From an uncultured virus (IMG/VR IMGVR_UViG_3300025325_000017) (lineage: Duplodnaviria > Heunggongvirae > Uroviricota > Caudoviricetes): a DNA stretch of 20,000 nt. The DNA lies in IMG/VR virus record IMGVR_UViG_3300025325_000017, one strand, 5' to 3'. The notes beneath the pieces were generated by a model. The model was not told where the DNA came from, did not search any database, and saw only the letters and a program-made list of their open reading frames with translations. This document shows positions 18,179 through 20,000 of the stretch, piece after piece. A program made the position numbers and the translations under genes. The first letter of the stretch is position 1. Each line of letters begins with the position of its first letter.

Positions 18179-18263
18179 CTAACCTCGCCTTGAACCGGAC
18201 GCGGGTTACGCCGCGCCGTTTCCTGTTGTTGAATCAGCCGCGCCGGTTATGGCGGCGTTATAC
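18177..18263 (+). repeat. attC-like site (87 bp)
   Basis: ATCTAAC-CTCG-CCTTGAACCGGACGCGG...CCGCGCCGGTTATGG-CGGC-GTTATAC. Confidence 0.88.
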
Positions 18264-18569
18264 GGCATCCCCTTTGTAGGTAAGGCTTAAGCCGCTCTGT
18301 CCGTCCGTACAGCACCATATCTGCGGTAGTTGCGGGTATGGTGTTCCGGTGTTTGGCGCTTCGACCCAACGCGGAACGTGTGATGTTTCAAGCGGCCACG
18401 GCGGGGAGCGATCACGCTCGATAATAATCGGAACGGAAGGAATGAACTTAGAACCGAAAAGCTCGTGTAGTTGATCGTGCAATTCCTTTGCTTCTTCAAT
18501 AGAAAGCTCAACCTTCTTGCCGTCTTTCGTCTCAAGTTCAATCTTCGTTAGTTTCAATTTCTTTGTCAT
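18258..18569 (-). CDS. Cassette ORF, hypothetical phage-type protein (103 aa)
   Basis: GGAG RBS; 'KKVELSIEEAKELHDQLHELFG'; stop TAA in the GTTA core. Confidence 0.75.
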   Translation of the reverse strand: MTKKLKLTKIELETKDGKKVELSIEEAKELHDQLHELFGSKFIPSVPIIIERDRSPPWPLETSHVPRWVEAPNTGTPYPQLPQIWCCTDGQSGLSLTYKGDAV

Positions 18570-18597
18570 GTCAGTCTCCGTTGTAGAAGAAAATGCC

Positions 18598-18654
18598 GTA
18601 TAACACGGCGCTCATGCCGACTCGCTACGCTCGCGGCATAGCTAGGCGTTGGGC
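18598..18654 (+). repeat. attC-like site (57 bp, canonical short type)
   Basis: GTATAAC-ACGGC-GCTCATGCCGAC-TCGCTACGCTC-GCGGCATAGC-TAGGC-GTTGGGC; two unpaired bases in the left arm. Confidence 0.92.
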
Positions 18655-18821
18655 GTCAAAATTTTTAGTGACAATTCCACTACGCATAAAGCACTTCCGA
18701 CTTGAGCAAGGCATCGAAATTTATTGTTTAGTGTTGGTGTTGGCTCACCGATCAAGAAAATTCCTGGCGAAATCTCTTTACCGTCCATTTTAGGCAATTC
18801 CAAATTACCAATAATCTCCAT
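18642..18821 (-). CDS. Cassette ORF, hypothetical (59 aa, MEIIGNLELPKMDGKEISPG...ILTPNA), not in ORF track
   Basis: Manual translation; AAGGA RBS; fills the cassette exactly. Confidence 0.7.
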   Translation of the reverse strand: MEIIGNLELPKMDGKEISPGIFLIGEPTPTLNNKFRCLAQVGSALCVVELSLKILTPNA

Positions 18822-18840
18822 GTCTATTTTCGTCCTTCAC

Positions 18841-18963
18841 GCCCAACCCGGCGCTCAACGCGGACGCTGCGCCAGCGGGCGTCTCGTCGGCTTGTGGTTT
18901 CTGGTCGTTCATCGCTTCGGCTCCTGTTCGTGGCGCGCAGCGCCGGTTAGCTCTACGTTAGAA
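18841..18963 (+). repeat. attC-like site (123 bp)
   Basis: GCCCAAC-CCGGC-GCTCAACGCGGACGCTGCGCCA...TGGCGCGCAGCGCCGGTTAGC-TCTAC-GTTAGAA. Confidence 0.9.
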
Positions 18964-19244
18964 CGCACACGCTCGCACATAGCCTCGTGCATGGCCTCGG
19001 CTTCTTCCCATGTCGTGCAACGGTCTTGCTCTTGATCGAGCTTACCGCCGAATATCATCGTTTCAAAAAGAAGCGGGGGGCCGTCACCGTATTGATGGTT
19101 GAGGCCAAGAAAAACCGTGCTCACTTCAACATCATCAATGGTCGTTTTACGAACTGCCCGGTCTGTTCTTTCAAACCTTCGTGCCCAAGTCATCAAGTCG
19201 GTTTTTACGGCCTTGTGTCCTTCAAGAATGTAGTGATCGCTCAT
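18909..19244 (-). CDS. Cassette ORF, hypothetical phage-type protein (111 aa)
   Basis: AAAGGAG RBS before ATG 19244; 'VSTVFLGLNH...GPPLLFETMIFGG' motif I recall from phage hypotheticals (unverified); C-terminus SNVELTGAAR from attC arm. Confidence 0.8.
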   Translation of the reverse strand: MSDHYILEGHKAVKTDLMTWARRFERTDRAVRKTTIDDVEVSTVFLGLNHQYGDGPPLLFETMIFGGKLDQEQDRCTTWEEAEAMHEAMCERVRSNVELTGAARHEQEPKR

Positions 19245-19257
19245 AAATTCTCCTTTG

Positions 19258-19440
19258 TTAATCCTTGGCCGCATTCCTGACCTGGATGTTAGTACTCAAT
19301 GCGCGAATATCTTTTGCAGTGCCTCGCTGCTCTACAATGCACGCAGATGCTTCGACAGCTGTATCGTATGCCTTGCGAGCTAGTACAATATCTGCATCGC
19401 AACCGTACTTGACACTTGAAATAAACTCTTCAAACTTCAT
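19258..19440 (-). CDS. Cassette-derived ORF, hypothetical (60 aa)
   Basis: GAGG RBS; C-terminus TNIQVRNAA encoded by a half attC. Confidence 0.65.
   Translation of the reverse strand: MKFEEFISSVKYGCDADIVLARKAYDTAVEASACIVEQRGTAKDIRALSTNIQVRNAAKD
19267..19294 (+). repeat. Probable right-half attC remnant
   Basis: GGCCGCATTCCTGACC-TGGAT-GTTAGTA, same L'-5 nt-R' spacing as other right arms; no matching left arm found. Confidence 0.5.
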
Positions 19441-19499
19441 CGTTATAACCTCATAAAGCCAGCCGGGATAGTCAGCGCGCCCCTAATCTTTCGTGGGCA

Positions 19500-19525
19500 G
19501 AATTCTGTCTAATACACTGTTAGCC
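19500..19525 (+). other. attI-like site 2 (GTCTAAT-ACACT-GTTAGCC)
   Basis: Inverse core, 5-nt spacer and GTT core like the attI1 simple site (CCCTAAA-ACAAA-GTTAGGC); GTTAGCCCTCT matches AGAGGGCTAAC of the next attC. Confidence 0.75.
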
Positions 19526-19666
19526 CTCTCGGGCCTTCGCTACACGCTCCAGGTATCGGCGCACTCGTTCCCAGTCTTTCGGGTGGACCCATACCTGCCG
19601 GAGCGTGTAGCCCTTGGCACGCATCCTTGCGCGCTCGTCCCGCTTCCGTTGGGCGGCATCCTTCAC
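19520..19666 (-). CDS. Small basic putative DNA-binding protein, RHH/antitoxin-like (48 aa, MKDAAQRKRDERARMRAKGYTLRQVWVHPKDWERVRRYLERVAKAREG), not in ORF track
   Basis: Manual translation; GTGA overlap with upstream ORF; stop in GTTA core; 'R.RMRAKG...QVWV.P' pattern resembles DUF3018/MazE-like proteins. Confidence 0.65.
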   Translation of the reverse strand: MKDAAQRKRDERARMRAKGYTLRQVWVHPKDWERVRRYLERVAKAREG

Positions 19667-19839
19667 GGATAAATCCACCTGTACACTTCTTCCCCGCCTT
19701 CATCTTGGTCGAAGCGCACTAACCAATACTCCCCGTCCCCGCACTTCACGTCTTCGGCTTCAAGCAGGGTTGCCGTTCCCTCGTACTTTATTTTCGTAAT
19801 TGGGTCTTCGTAAATTTCTAATCTGTCGTATGGTTTCAT
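19663..19839 (-). CDS. Hypothetical acidic protein (58 aa, MKPYDRLEIYEDPITK...YRWIYP), not in ORF track
   Basis: Manual translation; AGGAGG RBS; directly downstream of consensus promoter. Confidence 0.75.
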   Translation of the reverse strand: MKPYDRLEIYEDPITKIKYEGTATLLEAEDVKCGDGEYWLVRFDQDEGGEEVYRWIYP

Positions 19840-19877
19840 GCTTCCTCCTGTTGTCGTAGCTCGATTGCTACAGACAC

Positions 19878-19906
19878 ATTATAGCACGTGACATGTCACA
19901 TGTCAA
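19878..19906 (-). promoter_or_regulatory. Consensus sigma70 promoter TTGACA-N17-TATAAT with extended -10, overlapping palindromic operator GTGACATGTCAC
   Basis: Minus strand reads TTGACA TGTGACATGTCACGTGC TATAAT; perfect 12-bp palindrome at 19888-19899. Confidence 0.88.
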
Positions 19907-19909
19907 GAG

Positions 19910-19973
19910 GGCTAACACGGCGCTCCACCGGATCGCGCGCTACGGCGCGCTCCCGGTGAGCTTGGCGTTAGAG
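19910..19973 (+). repeat. attC-like site (64 bp)
   Basis: GGCTAAC-ACGGC-GCTCCACCGGA...CCGGTGAGC-TTGGC-GTTAGAG; extra C in L''. Confidence 0.92.
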
Positions 19974-20000
19974 CCCATGCGCAGTAGCTCCTTGCCACGC

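Larger units (their letters stand above)
16276..20000 (+). mobile_element. Integron-like gene cassette array (attC polarity +, all ORFs on - strand), no integrase in window
   Basis: 7 full attC-like hairpins, 2 half sites, 2 attI-like sites; cassette ends self-complementary. Confidence 0.88.

Noticed and set aside
19509..19703. 64-aa minus-strand ORF from the track (MKAGKKCTGG...)
   Set aside because: Overlaps two better ORFs in other frames (19663-19839 with strong RBS; 19520-19666 with GTGA coupling and stop in the core site)
16273..19799. Plus-strand ORFs in the array (16273, 16295, 16882, 17429, 17723, 18593, 18724, 18987, 19265, 19614)
   Set aside because: No convincing RBS, they cross attC boundaries, and they are shadows of better minus-strand genes that fit the cassettes exactly
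16475..19973. CRISPR array or REP/terminator interpretation of the repeated palindromes
   Set aside because: Repeats differ in sequence and length (57-132 bp), are separated by gene-sized units, lack U-tracts, and have attC core boxes with matching cassette ends
16256..20000. Integron integrase gene
   Set aside because: No ORF of suitable size or with tyrosine recombinase R-H-R-H-Y motifs anywhere in the window

Overview
Phage or prophage DNA. Bases 1-16255 are a + strand P22/podovirus-type late module: scaffold, P22 gp5-like coat, head-tail adaptor, gp10-like tail hub, an HNH endonuclease inserted at a sulfotransferase-like gene, three ejection proteins, tail fibre/spike with chaperone, and a holin/GH108 endolysin/holin lysis cassette. 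Directly after the last lysis gene (16276-20000) is an integron-type cassette array with 7 full attC-like hairpins, 2 right-half attC remnants and 2 copies of an attI-like 21-mer. No integrase gene lies in the window. The cassette boundaries check out internally: in five cassettes the first 9-12 bp are the exact reverse complement of the R'' end of their own attC. Every cassette gene is encoded antisense to the attC polarity. The long attC loops carry Shine-Dalgarno plus ATG on the bottom strand, coupling translation across the sites. One cassette carries a perfect leftward sigma70 promoter with a palindromic operator and a small putative DNA-binding protein. The best candidate for a new system is a phage-associated 'inverted' integron array used as a shuffling accessory/early gene region. 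All protein assignments come from motif recognition and synteny, not database searches.
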